Source: Sphaerodactylus townsendi (taxonomy: Eukaryota). Taken from it: 64,000 nt of DNA. This document shows positions 38,083 to 50,321 of this stretch, piece by piece. Made by a program: the position numbers and the translations under genes. The notes beneath the pieces were generated by a model, which worked only from the letters and a program-made list of their open reading frames with translations, was not told where the DNA came from and did not search any database. Positions within the stretch are counted from its first letter, which is position 1, and each line of letters starts with the position of its first letter. The stretch spans positions 138,880,001-138,944,000 of the forward strand of contig NC_059428.1 in assembly GCF_021028975.2 (NCBI RefSeq). Reading direction: 5' to 3'.

Positions 38083-38088
38083 TTTATT
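38083..38088 (-). terminator. Probable CDIP1 polyadenylation signal
   Basis: AATAAA on the minus strand ~1.07 kb after the stop codon, just before the CR1 insertion. Confidence 0.6.
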
Positions 38089-39160
38089 TATATACAAACA
38101 TGGAAAAGCCCCTCTGGTGACTTGTCTGCACAGGCAGAGGCTCCAAGCACAAGCCCCCACCTCAAACTCTCGAGGCAGAAGGAGGTGGGCACGGGCTAAG
38201 TAGCAGCCCCCCCCCCGACAAGAGCCACCTTCAAAGGGCCTCCTCTGCCCATATTGCACATCCATGCAAAGATCCGTGGGTCTTTCCCAAAGGAATCATT
38301 GCAAAAACTAATGGGGGGGGGCAGGGTTACACGGTTTTCACATTTCTGCTAAGTCACAGTTATAAGAACAAAAACCAAAACGACAGGCAAGCACATTCCG
38401 ACGCAGACTGGCCAAGCTATCTATACAGGCGGGACGGGCCACAGCGGAAGGGGCGCACAGCCTCCCCCAAGACCAACATCAGAGGAGCAGAACCCAGGCC
38501 TGGAAGGAGGAACCGAGGCCCCAGGCTGGCCTTTCACCATGGCCTCTCTTCCCCGGTAGGATAGGCGGGCGCAAGAACAGGACTGGGGGGCAGACGCCTG
38601 CCGGGGACAGAGGTCTTTGTGGCTGGAGAGATGCCCCTTCGGTCCCTGCTTCCCATAAGAGGCACAGGATGCCCAGGCGGGAAACGTCCGGCTCCGCTCA
38701 TAAGGAAACTCACTGAGTGCATCTGGAACCAAGACTCACAAATACCTCTCCCCCCTCCTAAAGTCTCCATGTTGCAGGCTGACGGTTCTGAACACAACGG
38801 AGCAGTCTGGGCTCTCCAGCGTCCTCTCCTGGAGGGGGAACGAACCACAAACCAAGAGGGAGAAGAGAAGCCTGGAGATTCTGGGGAAAGGGGTCACGCT
38901 GCCTCCAAGAGCAGAGTTGGTCCCCTTCCCACGGGGCAAAGGTGCTTGAGGCAAAGAGTCTCTCCCCACAGACTCCGTGGGAGGAAAGACCACCAGGCCA
39001 GCCTCCCCCTCCCCCCTGTCTGATCACGGGCCCCGTCCACCAGACCACTGGGCAGTTCCAGAGACCCACGAAGCTCTCTGCAGTGGAAGGGGAAGGCAAA
39101 CAAGGAAGCGTTTGGTGGGTCGGAAAGGCCGAGGGGAAAGGGCCAGCTCAGAGAGTGCTG

Positions 39161-41914
39161 CTAGCACATGCGCTTGTACGTGTAGATGTAGCCCTTGCAG
39201 TTGGGACAGGTGTGCGTCACGTCCTTGAAGTCGTCCAGCAGGCAGGGGATCAAGCAGCAGCCCAGGTCACAACTGCAGGGGATAGAAGAATCCCGTCAAG
39301 GCGATCCCAGAACAGAAGGCTCCCACCACTCCCAGGCGCCTTGCGTAAGAGCAATCCTGTTAACTCTCCCACCCACCCTCCTGCAAGGTAGGGCCAGCAA
39401 ATCCCAAAGGGGGCCAAAGAGCAGGAGCCATGGCTTAGTTTAGCAGCAGAACATGAGTTGGGATTTATATCCCCCCTTTCTGTCCTGTAAGGGAGTCAAA
39501 GGGGCTTACAATCTCCTTTCACTTCCCTCCCCGCCCACCCACAACAAATGGGTGACCCATTCGTAGAAGAAGAGTTTGGATTTATGTCCCCCTTTATCTC
39601 TGGCAAGGAGACTCAAAGGGGCTGACAATCTCCTTTCCCGCCCCCGCACCACAACAAATGCCCTGTGAGGTAAGTGGGGCTGAGAGAACTCCAAAGAACT
39701 GTGACGCCCAAGGTCACGCAGCTGGCGTGTGCTGGAGGACACAAGCTAATCTAGTTCACCAGATAAGCCTCCACAGCTCAAGCGGCTGAGAAGGGAATCA
39801 AATTAGAGTGCACCTGCTCTTTAAGCACTACATCACACTGGCTCCAGCGGAAGTCAGATGGGTGGGCTGTCAGCTCCAGCAGTCTTATGAGATGCCCTTC
39901 TGGGCGGGAGAATGCCCCCACCCCTGAGGCAGAGGCTGGCTTTTCACTTCCCTCCAAGACCAGCAGCAACGACCCACCACACCCCCTTCTCTGCCCCATG
40001 ACCCCGTCGCCTCCAGCTTCTCCCCGCCCCTCACGTACCCGACAAAGCAGCAGAAGAATCCCACCAGGAAGCTCATGAAGCCGATTTCGTGGGAGATCTT
40101 GGTGGTGATGGCCTGCTGGCAGTGCGGGCACACCGTGGGGACGGGGGCGGCCTGGAAGATCTCGCCTTGCAGGACCGTCACCGTCGTCGCTGTGCCTGAG
40201 GGCACGAGGACCGTTGCCGTTTGGCTGCCCGGAGGGGGGTAGGGGCCTGCTGGGGGGTAGTAGCCCGTAGCGGCATGTGGCCCTGGGGGCATGTAGTAGC
40301 CTCCTAGAGGGAAGGCACAGACAATTATTCAGTTCAGCCTCGACACACCACGAGGGGCGGCTCACAACCCAGCGCGTCTTAGAGCCCCGGCAGGCTGCCG
40401 GAAAGCGCCACGCCACAGGCTCCCAATGGAGTCTTGCATCCGAGGAGGCACCAGCACAGCGTCAGTTCTCCCAAGCGGAAGCTGGTCACTTCCCAGCCCA
40501 CCGAGGGACCACAGAAGCTGCTTTCCCCAACACCCGCCACCCTGTCAAGAGCCTGGTCACACGCAGCTCCCCAGAATCCTCTTCTCAGCCTTGTGGCCCC
40601 TGAACTGTCCCGGGAAGGCAAACCCAGCCACGCCAATTCCTTCAGTGTCACACTCACATTCTCCCCAGAGAGCCACAGCGGAGGGAGGGAGGCCCCCATG
40701 GAACATAAGAACATAAGAACAAGCCAGCTGGATCAGACCAGAGTCCATCCAGCTCTCTGCTACTCGCAGTGGCCCACCAGGTGCCTTTGGGAGCTCACAT
40801 GCAGGATGTGAAAGCAATGGCCTTCTGAGGCTGTTGCTCCCGAGCACCTGGACTGTTAAGGCATTTGCAATCTCAGATCAAAGAGGATCAAGATTGGTAG
40901 CCATAGATCGACTTCTCCTCCATAAATCTGTCCAAGCCCCTTTTAAAGCTAAATGGGGGAAATGGGGCCTATTCTGGCCTCTGGCCTGTAACAGACGGCT
41001 CAGTCAGATGGAGCCAAGGAGGGTTTGCCTATTTACCATTCAATCCATTAATACCCCACCTTTCTCCCCAAACTAGCTTCCATCCTCCTCCTCTCCCGCA
41101 CCTTATCTGCAAAACGACCCTGCGAAATAGGCTAGATGGCGAGGGTGTGATTGGCCCCAGGGCAGCCAATGAGCTTCCAAGTCACGAGTGGGGATTCGTA
41201 CCTGGGGCGTGCCAGATTTTAGTCTGGCACTCACGACCGGCTTTCGGTCTCAGTGCCAAACGCTTCCGGTGACCCCCTGTGGCAGTGGGGTCGCTGCTGC
41301 AAGCGAGACCCTCTGGGAGAGGTCCAGCCATCAGTCCAGCTTGTGAAAAAAAGCCCAAAAGGAGACTCCCGCCCTCAGCCCCCCTCCCCTCCCACCCCGG
41401 CTCCTTACTCACCAGGGGGGATGTAGGGCACAGACCCATCTGGAGGCACGGGGTAGAAACCCGGCTGGAGCGGCGGCTCGTAGGGAGGGGGCCCATACTC
41501 TGAAGGGGGCTGTTGGGGCCCCTGCGGCTGCACCATGGAAGGCGAGACGTGGCCTAGAGAAGGGGGGGAGTGCCAAGAGAAGGGCTCAGTCCCTGCCATG
41601 CAACTGTCATGGGGGGGGGGGAGGAAGGTGGAGATGTGTGCTTTGCTTGCCACCTGCCAGAGGAGCACATAGTTGAACCCAGCATGCCTCTGAGAGAGAG
41701 GGATCCTGTGAGAATTGGTGCTGGTTTAACCCCCCCCCCCCCGAAACAAGTGTCTGTCTAGAAAGATCCTGCCCCGTTCCTGCGGGGAATGTCCGCAGAG
41801 TGGGGCCTTCCTCAAACTCTGTGCCTTACCTGCTGGGAAAGGGACCCCATCCTTCTCCTCTAAGAGGGGGGCTGACGGCCCTCCGGGATACGGCGGGGGA
41901 GGGTCGCTGGACAT
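39161..41914 (-). CDS. CDIP1: Cell death-inducing p53-target protein 1 (LITAF domain), 200 aa
   Basis: Exons 41914-41830, 41553-41413, 40303-40039, 39272-39161 total 603 nt in phase. [26 protein letters not shown] zinc motifs VCPHCQQ and HTCPNCK, ends YKRMC. Confidence 0.96.
39455..39845 (-). mobile_element. Squam3-like SINE plus adjacent partial copy
   Basis: Partial copy 39455-39550 followed by a near-full copy 39565-39845. Confidence 0.75.
40702..40951 (-). mobile_element. CR1-type LINE 3' end
   Basis: (TTCTTATG)n octamer tail on the reverse strand with a CR1-like 3' UTR. Confidence 0.7.
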
Positions 41915-44402
41915 GGTTTCTGCTGGCCTGCAAGAGAAAGGAGGATGCAGAGTATGACCAACCGGTCACCAAGAAAGCAGAGGTTGCAGGACTGGGGGGA
42001 TTATCACAGGGCGGCTGCCACCCCAAATCTGGGCAGGAGGGAGGGGGTTCTGCAGGGCCCCCCACACCACAGACTCCGCTTATTTCCCACCCACCCACCC
42101 CCAGTGCCTGGGTTCATTTTGAAAGGACCTGTGCTGCCCCTCCAGAAAACCTACTTGAGGTTGGTCTGGACAATAAAATCAGATGCTAGAAACCATTAAA
42201 ACCGTTACATGAGGAAAGTTTTTTTCCATTTCACAGAGGAACCGAAGGGATCTCCCTCCCGGGCTGTTTGAAAACTCCTAGTCCACGGGGAGGCTCCAAT
42301 CCAATTCCCTTTACTGGCACGGCGAGATCACGTCAAAATCACTACAAGTTAATCAATTAAAATTTACAATTGATAGACGATCTAATGCTGCCAATGCTGC
42401 CCATGAAAGGTGGGAGTTCAGATGCCTGGCACAGGCTGGGAGAGAGGGTTTCCCCCGTGGTCTCTGACAGCACAAGCACCGTAACCAGCCACACACCTTT
42501 TGTGCACCAGGCTTTGTGTGCCCCCATCCCCAAGTCCAGAAGCGGAAACAGCCCACTCCTCCACCTGCCCCCCCACTTCCCTGGCTCTAAGGGCAGCCCC
42601 CCCCCCCCGCACTCCCTTTCCGGTTTCTTTCTCACAACCATCCAGTGACAGCTTCACAGCCCCGTGAGAGCTGGACATTCCACCCACCCTGAGACATCGG
42701 CCCACTGCTGCAAATACCCTCCTGACCCCCCAGGTCCTGTCAGCCCCAAACCAGGTGCACAGCTTCCCCCCACCCACCCACCCAAGCCACCACTGGCCAC
42801 AAAAACCTTCTCCTGGAAAGGGAAGCTGAAGAAGGCAAAAGTCTGGAAACTGTTTCCAACCAGCAAAAGTCAAAAAGAACAAGGGCACCAAATGCGACCC
42901 TGAGCCGCCTCCGTGGCCAGCGGCCCCCCCCCCCCCCCCAGCTTCAAGCCCGACACGGCAGGCCGTGGCTGTCTCCCCTGCAGAGAGCCCAAACGCTGCT
43001 CCCGCTGGCAGGCCAAGGAGCTGCAGCAGTCGGAGGACTCTGCTGGAAGAGGAGGGCAGCCCGGCAGCCCCAAGGAAAGAGGTTAACAGCTCTCCCTGCC
43101 AGGTCCTCTGAGGGTGGGAGAGAGGACCCCCCCCCACTTCTTGGCCACAAAGTCAGGCTGACCCAAAAGTGGCCCCTCTCTCCCTCCCCACATGATTTCA
43201 GCCAGACCACTGGATGCCTCCAGAAAACCAGGCTCCCACGGCTGCGGGGGCAGCATCAGCTCCAACTCCGTTTTCTGCGCCCCACCAAAGTCTTTTTCAG
43301 CACAACCTGCCCCCCTCCCCATGGCTTTGAGGCTGCCCCTCCTCCTCCACGTCCCTGACATCAGGGGAGTTTCTCCCTGGCAGTCGGCTCCTCCCCCCAC
43401 AATGCTCAAAGGCAGAGGACTGCTCCCGCTCCCCCAGCGTACCTGCCAGCCCCAACCAGCTCCCCCAGGCCGGTTTGGCCTCTTCAGGCAATCCCCTCGC
43501 AGGGAGATTCCTCCGCAGCCGCCGGCGGCCCTGAATCTCCACTCTCCTGCATTGCACGACTATTGCCAAACTCTTTGGGCAGCCAGGCTGAGCCACTAGG
43601 AATTGGGGGTTGGGGTTGGCTTACAGTAATCCACCCCCCCAGCCTTCCAAATGGTGTGAGCCAGAGGCATCCAAGCACACATGACACACACACACACACA
43701 GAGGAAGGGGCAGGGGGCAGGATTCGCCCGGCTTCTGGCCATTTGCTCAGTGGCTCGAGGAGGACCAGTCAGGCATGTTCACTGTCCTGGAGGGAAACGC
43801 TCCGGGGTGGCTGTGCTCCGTTTACAAGGCGAGGAGGGGGGGAAAGAAGAAGAGGGCCACCCAGCTGTCTTTCTGCATCTCTGCTGGAAACAAGAGCTGC
43901 TCTGTGATGCTCCGGCCTGTCTGCCTGGCGCTTCCCCAGCTTCCAGGGGCTCAGGCCCTGCCACAGGTGGCTCGTGAGCAGCAGAAGCCCAAGAAGAATG
44001 CGCACAGAGCAGTCGGTGTAAACAGCCTGCTCCTCCGGGGCTCGCGGGTGGGTGGCGCGTGGCCTCCACTGCCAAGCAGTCCCCAAAGCACATGTGTACG
44101 CTGCAAGCACCTGTCCTCTTTGTGACTTCACAGCAGCCCCGCTGGCACGGGTGCCAACCTTCCCTTTCAAGCAAACGAGCGCGCTCCTGGACCAAGACCC
44201 AAAGCCAATCAGATCCAGTGGCCTCCAGGAGGCCCACGAGCCAGGCAGAAGAGCCATTTCCCAAAGGGGGTGTGCAGTAGTGAGATTCTCACGCACCACA
44301 CTGGAGCCCCACATCTGCATAAAACCAGAGCCCTTCTCAGATGTGGAGGAGCTCAGGGCCACCCGCCTCCCACCACGGTCAGTCTTCCAGGACTGCATAG
44401 AG

Positions 44403-44644
44403 CAGTGGTGGCGAACCTTTGGCACTCCAGATGTTATGGACTACAATTCCCATCAGCCCCTGCCAACATGGCCAATTGGCCATGCTGGCATGGGCTGATG
44501 GGAATTGTAGTCCACAACATCTGGAGTGCCAAAGGTTCACCACCACGGGCATAGAACAGGGGTGTCCAACTCTGGCGCTTCAGATGTTCATGGACTACAA
44601 TTCCCATCAGCCCCCTGCTGGCATGGCAGAGTTGGACACCCCTG
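44403..44644. mobile_element. Two adjacent palindromic hAT MITEs
   Basis: MITE A 44403-44548 (TSD GCATAGAG/GCATAGAA) and internally deleted MITE B 44557-44644. Confidence 0.85.
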
Positions 44645-45089
44645 CTCTATGCAGTCCTGTGCATGTGCAGTCTCAGGGACTGACTCCCAGGTAAATGCGC
44701 ACAGCCTGCAGCCCAGGTCTCTGCATCCTTTTTCACCTTGCCCCAACTCACTGCACAGTCTTATGGATGGACAAACCCCCTCCAGATTTCAGCACGAGTA
44801 CCTAGACAAGCGCGGTCTGACTCTGTGCTGCTTGGAAACAGTCCGGCAGCCCCTGCAGAGAATCGGCCAGTCCACGGGCATTTTACAGCCCTTTGAAATG
44901 AGGGGCTGCTCAGGTGTGGGGGAGGGAGCTCCTAAGCCCCCGCCCGGACCTCACCAGAGGTTGAATGTGAACAGAAATCTCCCCTGTGGGAAGGATACTC
45001 TGACCAGGAAGCGGCAGAGCTGAGGGCCTCAAACACCTCCTCTTGATCAGAAGAGGGCAATCAGAAAGTCCAATGCAGCGGCTCTCAGA

Positions 45090-45331
45090 CAGCCAGCGTG
45101 GTATAGTGGTTAAGAGCAGGTGCAGTCTAATCTGGAGAACCAGGTTGGATTCCCTGCTCTGCCACTTGAGCTGGTGAACCAGATTAGCTTGTTCACTCCA
45201 ACACATGTCAGCTGGGTGATCTTGGACTAGTCACAGTTCTTCGGAGCTCTCTCAGCCCCACCCACCTCACAGGGAGAAGGAGTCTCCTTACAGGACAGAA
45301 AGGGGGAATATAAATCCAAACTCTTCTTCTT
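45090..45331 (+). mobile_element. Squam3-like SINE
   Basis: tRNA-like head and (CTT)n tail. Confidence 0.75.
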
Positions 45332-45798
45332 ATGTGAGAGCTCATGGTGGGTAACTACACTTTATTTTTCAGACCAAGAAAGTAGGACTAGCTGGGTGGT
45401 CCCGGGCAAAAGACCACATCCCCCGGGGGTGAAAGTTCTGACTTATACGATCATCTCACAGCACCTGGCAGAGGACCAACGCAGCAGCTTTAGGACGATG
45501 GGCTTTGATAAAACCCTCTTTTGGTCTCAGCCCAAGCAAGCTCCAATCTGTGATGCCATTTGGTAAAACGGAACCAGCCGGGCTCTGAGAGTCCCCAGAA
45601 CACTCAAGAGACCCCTGGGGGCCTCAGCCAGCACAGACCAACTCACCAGCCCACAGCAGGTGCCAGCAAAGGCTCCCAGCGCCCCGGCTCTGGCTAGCAT
45701 GGAAGGCTGCCCTCTGCCACCCAGGAGGGTGACACAAAGCAGCCTCATATCAACTTGATCAACCTCCCTATCCCCTGCCACGCATGCACCTTGGTCAG

Positions 45799-46007
45799 TG
45801 TCAGGGGGACGGTATCTAGTTGATTGAGATGCATTCTTAACTTAATGTAGTTGCTACAAGATATATGTAAGCAGCCTGCTATATGTTGTAACTGCTGTCC
45901 TGGAACATTCTTTCCTTGATCTGTAGGTAACTAGGCTCTCCCCTGACACTTGGTCTCATGAGAACCAGGATTGTTTCTGTTATCTCGTGAGCGCAAGATG
46001 CCAGGTG

Positions 46008-46048
<41 letters not shown>

Positions 46049-46171
46049 TGTCGACCTTGGGGCACCTCAGCTCCAAACTAACCCTTTCTCACATTTCTTG
46101 GGAAAATGGGAGGGGGGGACTAACATTGGAATAAAGGGAAATAGGAAAGCTTCAAGGTCCGAGACCTGACA
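45799..46171 (+). mobile_element. Solo LTR family A, copy 2
   Basis: TGTCAGG...CCTGACA termini, near TSD GTCAG/TTCAG, AATAAAG near the 3' end, internal (TC)n at 46011-46041. Confidence 0.7.
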
Positions 46172-47059
46172 TTCAGGGGCCTCTCCTGTGATGGCCACTC
46201 AACGCCTCTGCGGGGCTCCTGGCACAGAACGTTCCTCTGTGTCACCTGCTACCCGACGCAAGGAGCCCCCCTCCCCCCCTCAATTTTGACAGTCTCTCAG
46301 GTGCTGCTGGACCTGAACTGAGTCATCCTACACAACAGGTAAAAATAAAACTGGGGCAGCAGCCCCCAACCCCACAAGCAACAGGTGACCTAACTGGACG
46401 GGGGCCTCTGCCATGCCCTCCCAAGCACCCCAAGGTCCAGCCATTCTTTTTCCAAAAAGAGGGCACCCCCCACCCCCTGCCTTGTTAAAGGAGACGCACC
46501 AGGAACCAGCAGCCACGAATGAGCCACGAATGAGCCACGGAAGCACAGACAACACTCTGAACGCCAGCCAGCCTGTGGCCATTTGCAAAATTCTGGGCAG
46601 CTAAAAGGGGGGTCCTATGATTGCCCTCCACCTCCCCAATTTCATCAGACCCAAGCCAGAGGCAGAACTAGCAGAGCTGATCCCACACTGTCCCGGGGTG
46701 GGGTGGGCCACAAAAAACAACTCACTGTTCCTGGCATGTTTCAGTTAGAGCCCCCTCCTCCCTGATTAAGTACCACAAGATGCCCACCTCTGTGGGAGCT
46801 CCCCATCTCATCCCCCAATGCCAGCTACCACAAGCTCCATCTGTGCAGCCTCTCGGAAAGCTGCACAAGAGACTTATGACATCCACGTGTGGCTGCATGG
46901 TGCAGAATTAAGTTATTCCCAGGGATTTTTGGAACCATGCACGAATGGGTGGCCACCAATGCAGTGGGAGCGCCCACCCCTGTGGACCAACCAACTGCAT
47001 GTGTGACTGTCATGTCACTGCATGGACTGGGCAACCTGTGAACACCTGCGCAGGTGTAC

Positions 47060-47155
47060 CAGGGGTGTCCAACTCTGGTGCCGCTTGCATTGCCAATTGG
47101 GCTGATGGGAATTGTAGTCCATGAACATCTGCAGCACCAGAGTTGGATACCCCTG
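47060..47155. mobile_element. Internally deleted palindromic hAT MITE
   Basis: CAGGGGTGTCCAACTCTG...CAGAGTTGGATACCCCTG. Confidence 0.7.
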
Positions 47156-47229
47156 AACCAGGCAGACCCCAGAAGAGCCGTGGTTGGGGGGAGGATCTGA
47201 GGGAGGGGTCGTGGAGCCCTCGGAAGAGC

Positions 47230-48000
47230 CCGGCCTGATCAGATCACGGACGCCCCCCCCCCCCCCCAAAAGGTTCCGCCTCCCGCCTTTCCTCGCAGCA
47301 TTTGTGTCCTGCCGGTGGAAGCGAGGCTGGGAGAGATGCCGGAGAAGCAGCAGGCGACGGATCCTGGGCCGCTTCCACTGCAGAAGCTGGCAAGGGTTCC
47401 CTGCCGCCCACCGAGCCTCCATGGACCAAGGCAGCCGGGTTCGTTGCGTGAAGGCTCCTCACACCCGCGAGACCTGCGCGCTACGTGGAGCCTCCACGCT
47501 CAGGAGCAACGTAACTCGACAGGACCCCACCGACCGGCCCGATGCGCTCGAATCCCGCAAAACGCCGCGCCGCCGCGCCAGAGGCCGCTGAGCCGCCCGC
47601 CCCGCCGGGGACGCAGACGGCGACGCTAGGATCTGCCTACAGGCCCACCTTGGCCCAGCCGCCCGGCAGGCCGCGCGTTCTCACGTTCAAGTCCCCCGAT
47701 CCTCAGACTCGCGTCGGCCGGCTGCCCATCCAGAGCCGTCGCGGGAACGTCGCCCGCCCCGCCCCCTTTACGTCACCGCGCCTGGGGCACTGCACCCCGC
47801 CCACTCGGCCCCGTGCGCCTTGGCGCGGGGGCCGCCGGGATCCGTAGTTCCGCGGCTTAGCGCAGCCGACAGAAAACCACAACTCCCGGCATACACCGCG
47901 GCACGCAGGCCCGACCCGGCCGCTCTCAGGGGGCGCCGGCGGAGGGCGGGAATGCCTAGCCACGCCCCTGGTCCACCTTGGGCTTTCGGCCTAGCCTACT
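47230..48000 (-). promoter_or_regulatory. CpG island, CDIP1 promoter / non-coding exon 1
   Basis: CpG-dense region with GC boxes (47753-47766), CRE-like TGACGTAA (47768-47775, minus) and a minus-strand donor AAG|GTGGGC after 47649. Confidence 0.65.
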
Positions 48001-48957
48001 TCGCAGGGCTGTTGTGTAAACTGCCCTTGGTCCTCCACAGAACTAAAGGCGCGCGGTTTGACTTGGGCGGAGGGAAGGGGCGTCTGAAGTGGGGATGGAG
48101 GTGGCAGGTAGATTACAGATGGCTTCTTAAATGTACGGCGTTATTTATTGTTTTAAGGTTATATTGGCAATTTTGGGGTTTTACATGTTTTTTTACTCTG
48201 TTATAACTTTGTTGTGACCCACCTTGAGCCTTGCGGGGATAGGGCGGGATAAAAATTGAATAAAATAATAAAAATAATAAAAATAATTACAATAAGATTT
48301 ATTAATGTTAATTGTAGTCTCCCTTTCAAGGCAGATCACAGAGCGTAAGTCAACGCGGTCATAAAAATGGGTCATTCAGTAACCAATTAGTTGCGAACAT
48401 GGTTTACAGTTAAAAGCAAAATAATATAACACACCCCAAATCTCTCTCTGTCGCCTGCCAAGCCCTTCGTGGCCTCTGATCCGCATATTGGCCTGACCAC
48501 CTCCCTGTTTTGCTCCTCTGGGCAGAGTCTTCTGTGGGTGGCCCCCTACAAAAAGAGCACTCTGTGGCCCCCATCTTGTGGGACAAGCAGCCTGCCAGAG
48601 GAGGTCAGCCAGGTTCCCACACCCCTGGCAAGACTGAATTATTCAGAAAAGCGTTTTTTATTAGGGTAACTGGGCAATGTTACAAGAAAAATGTCTCAAG
48701 AAGACATTTTCAAACTGAGCGGGGCTGTGGACGATGCCACTGTGGGTAAGATGCATTTACTGTCTGTTTGCTGTATGTGTTATCCTGCTCATAAATCTTT
48801 GCTGCCATAGCACTTTTCACATTGTTTACATCGCTTATGAGTTGTTTCCACTGAGAGGTTGCTTGGGGTTGTGGTTCCAGACCCCAGCTCACATGCTACC
48901 TGGGAAGGTCACTGGGTGGCCTTGGCCAGTTACAACCACCGCCTGACCAACCTCACA

Positions 48958-49408
48958 GGTCGATTCTGCACGGGTCCAAAGAGACGAGTTCAAGGCGGCA
49001 TACAGTCCATTGTGGGGGCCAGGGATGGGACTTTGCACAGGTCCTGTCCCCAAAATGAGCCTGCCCTAAGCCGGGATTTCCAAAAATTGCTAAACTAGAG
49101 AAAAACGCCCCACGCCAGCAGCCAGGCAGGAGGCGCTTTGTTCCGCTCCCTTTCACCACGCCATCCACGGCAGGGAGAATCCACCTGCCATTTCCCTGCC
49201 ATTGCAGGGAGGCCCCTTTTCCTTCCCCTCCTATTTTGCGGGTTGCATATGCATAGCTACACAGGTGCAGCTGGTCTTACTGTGGGACGATCTCCATGGC
49301 TGTGGGGTTCATTTCTGCCTGCACGGAACACACGTGAACAGGGAAACAGGGAAACGGTTCCTTTATCGTGATTGCAACCTATTATACATTTGCTGCACGG
49401 AATCAACC
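48958..49408. mobile_element. PIF/Harbinger-like MITE inserted in a SINE
   Basis: Imperfect TIRs GGTCGATTCTGCAC / GCACGGAATCAACC and a 3-bp TSD ACA. It splits a SINE at AACCTCACA|GTGGTGTTGTGAAG. Confidence 0.6.
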
Positions 49409-50321
49409 ACAGTGGTGTTGTGAAGATGAAACTGAGGGGAGGAGAATTATGTAAGGTCCTTTAATTCTCTATAGGGGAAAAAGTGAGTATAAAGGGAGAC
49501 ATCCCTGCTCTCTGACACAGAGAATGATTGCCAACAGTCCCTGGTCCTTGACATGCCCTCGGTTGGGGGCTGTAAAGGTGGGACAGGAGGGAAACTTGGC
49601 TATGTTGACCTAAGGGGAAATTATGAGCCTTCTGCATCCTGCATCTCTGGGATGGAAGCCAAGTCTGCAGGGGGAAAGCGCCGTGGTTCTGTGCTGGAAC
49701 CTAAGCGCATAAGGAAGCCTACGGAGAGAATGAACTTGTAGCCCACCATTGCAAACCGGTGCATGAATCTTTGGGCTGTTCAATTGCAGCACTCCTGCAC
49801 CCTAGTGATTTATGCCCCCCTTTTATAGTTTGGAAACATTCACTTGTGTCGTTGTAGATGCCTATAAAGGTTTGATGTGTTCCTTATGTACTCCAGATCT
49901 TTCTGTGACTTAGAATCGCAAATGACACCAACGACGGCTGGGCCTCTTAGTCTACCAAAGTCAGCTCAGTGACTTCAAAAAACCAGCTGATCAGCTCCAG
50001 CGCTATGTGCAGATGGAGGTGGAATATGTGAAGGCAGACATTTACATGTGCCTCTGCCTTTCAGTAAGGCTTCTGACATCTTCGTGCCGTTAAGCTCAGG
50101 ACTACCCCAAAAAAGAAACATTGTCCATTGATCATTCGGTGCAATATGGAAAACATTTATTGTTAAACAATGGGAGAAATTGCAATGCATAATAACTTTT
50201 CTAAATGGAAAACAAGCAGGGATTGAAAAGGGGGAGGTAGAAATTATTCAGCAGACAGAGGACGCAGGTTTAGCTCACTGAGCGGTTTCTGCCGTGGCCC
50301 TTTGCTTTGCCAAAACCTTAC

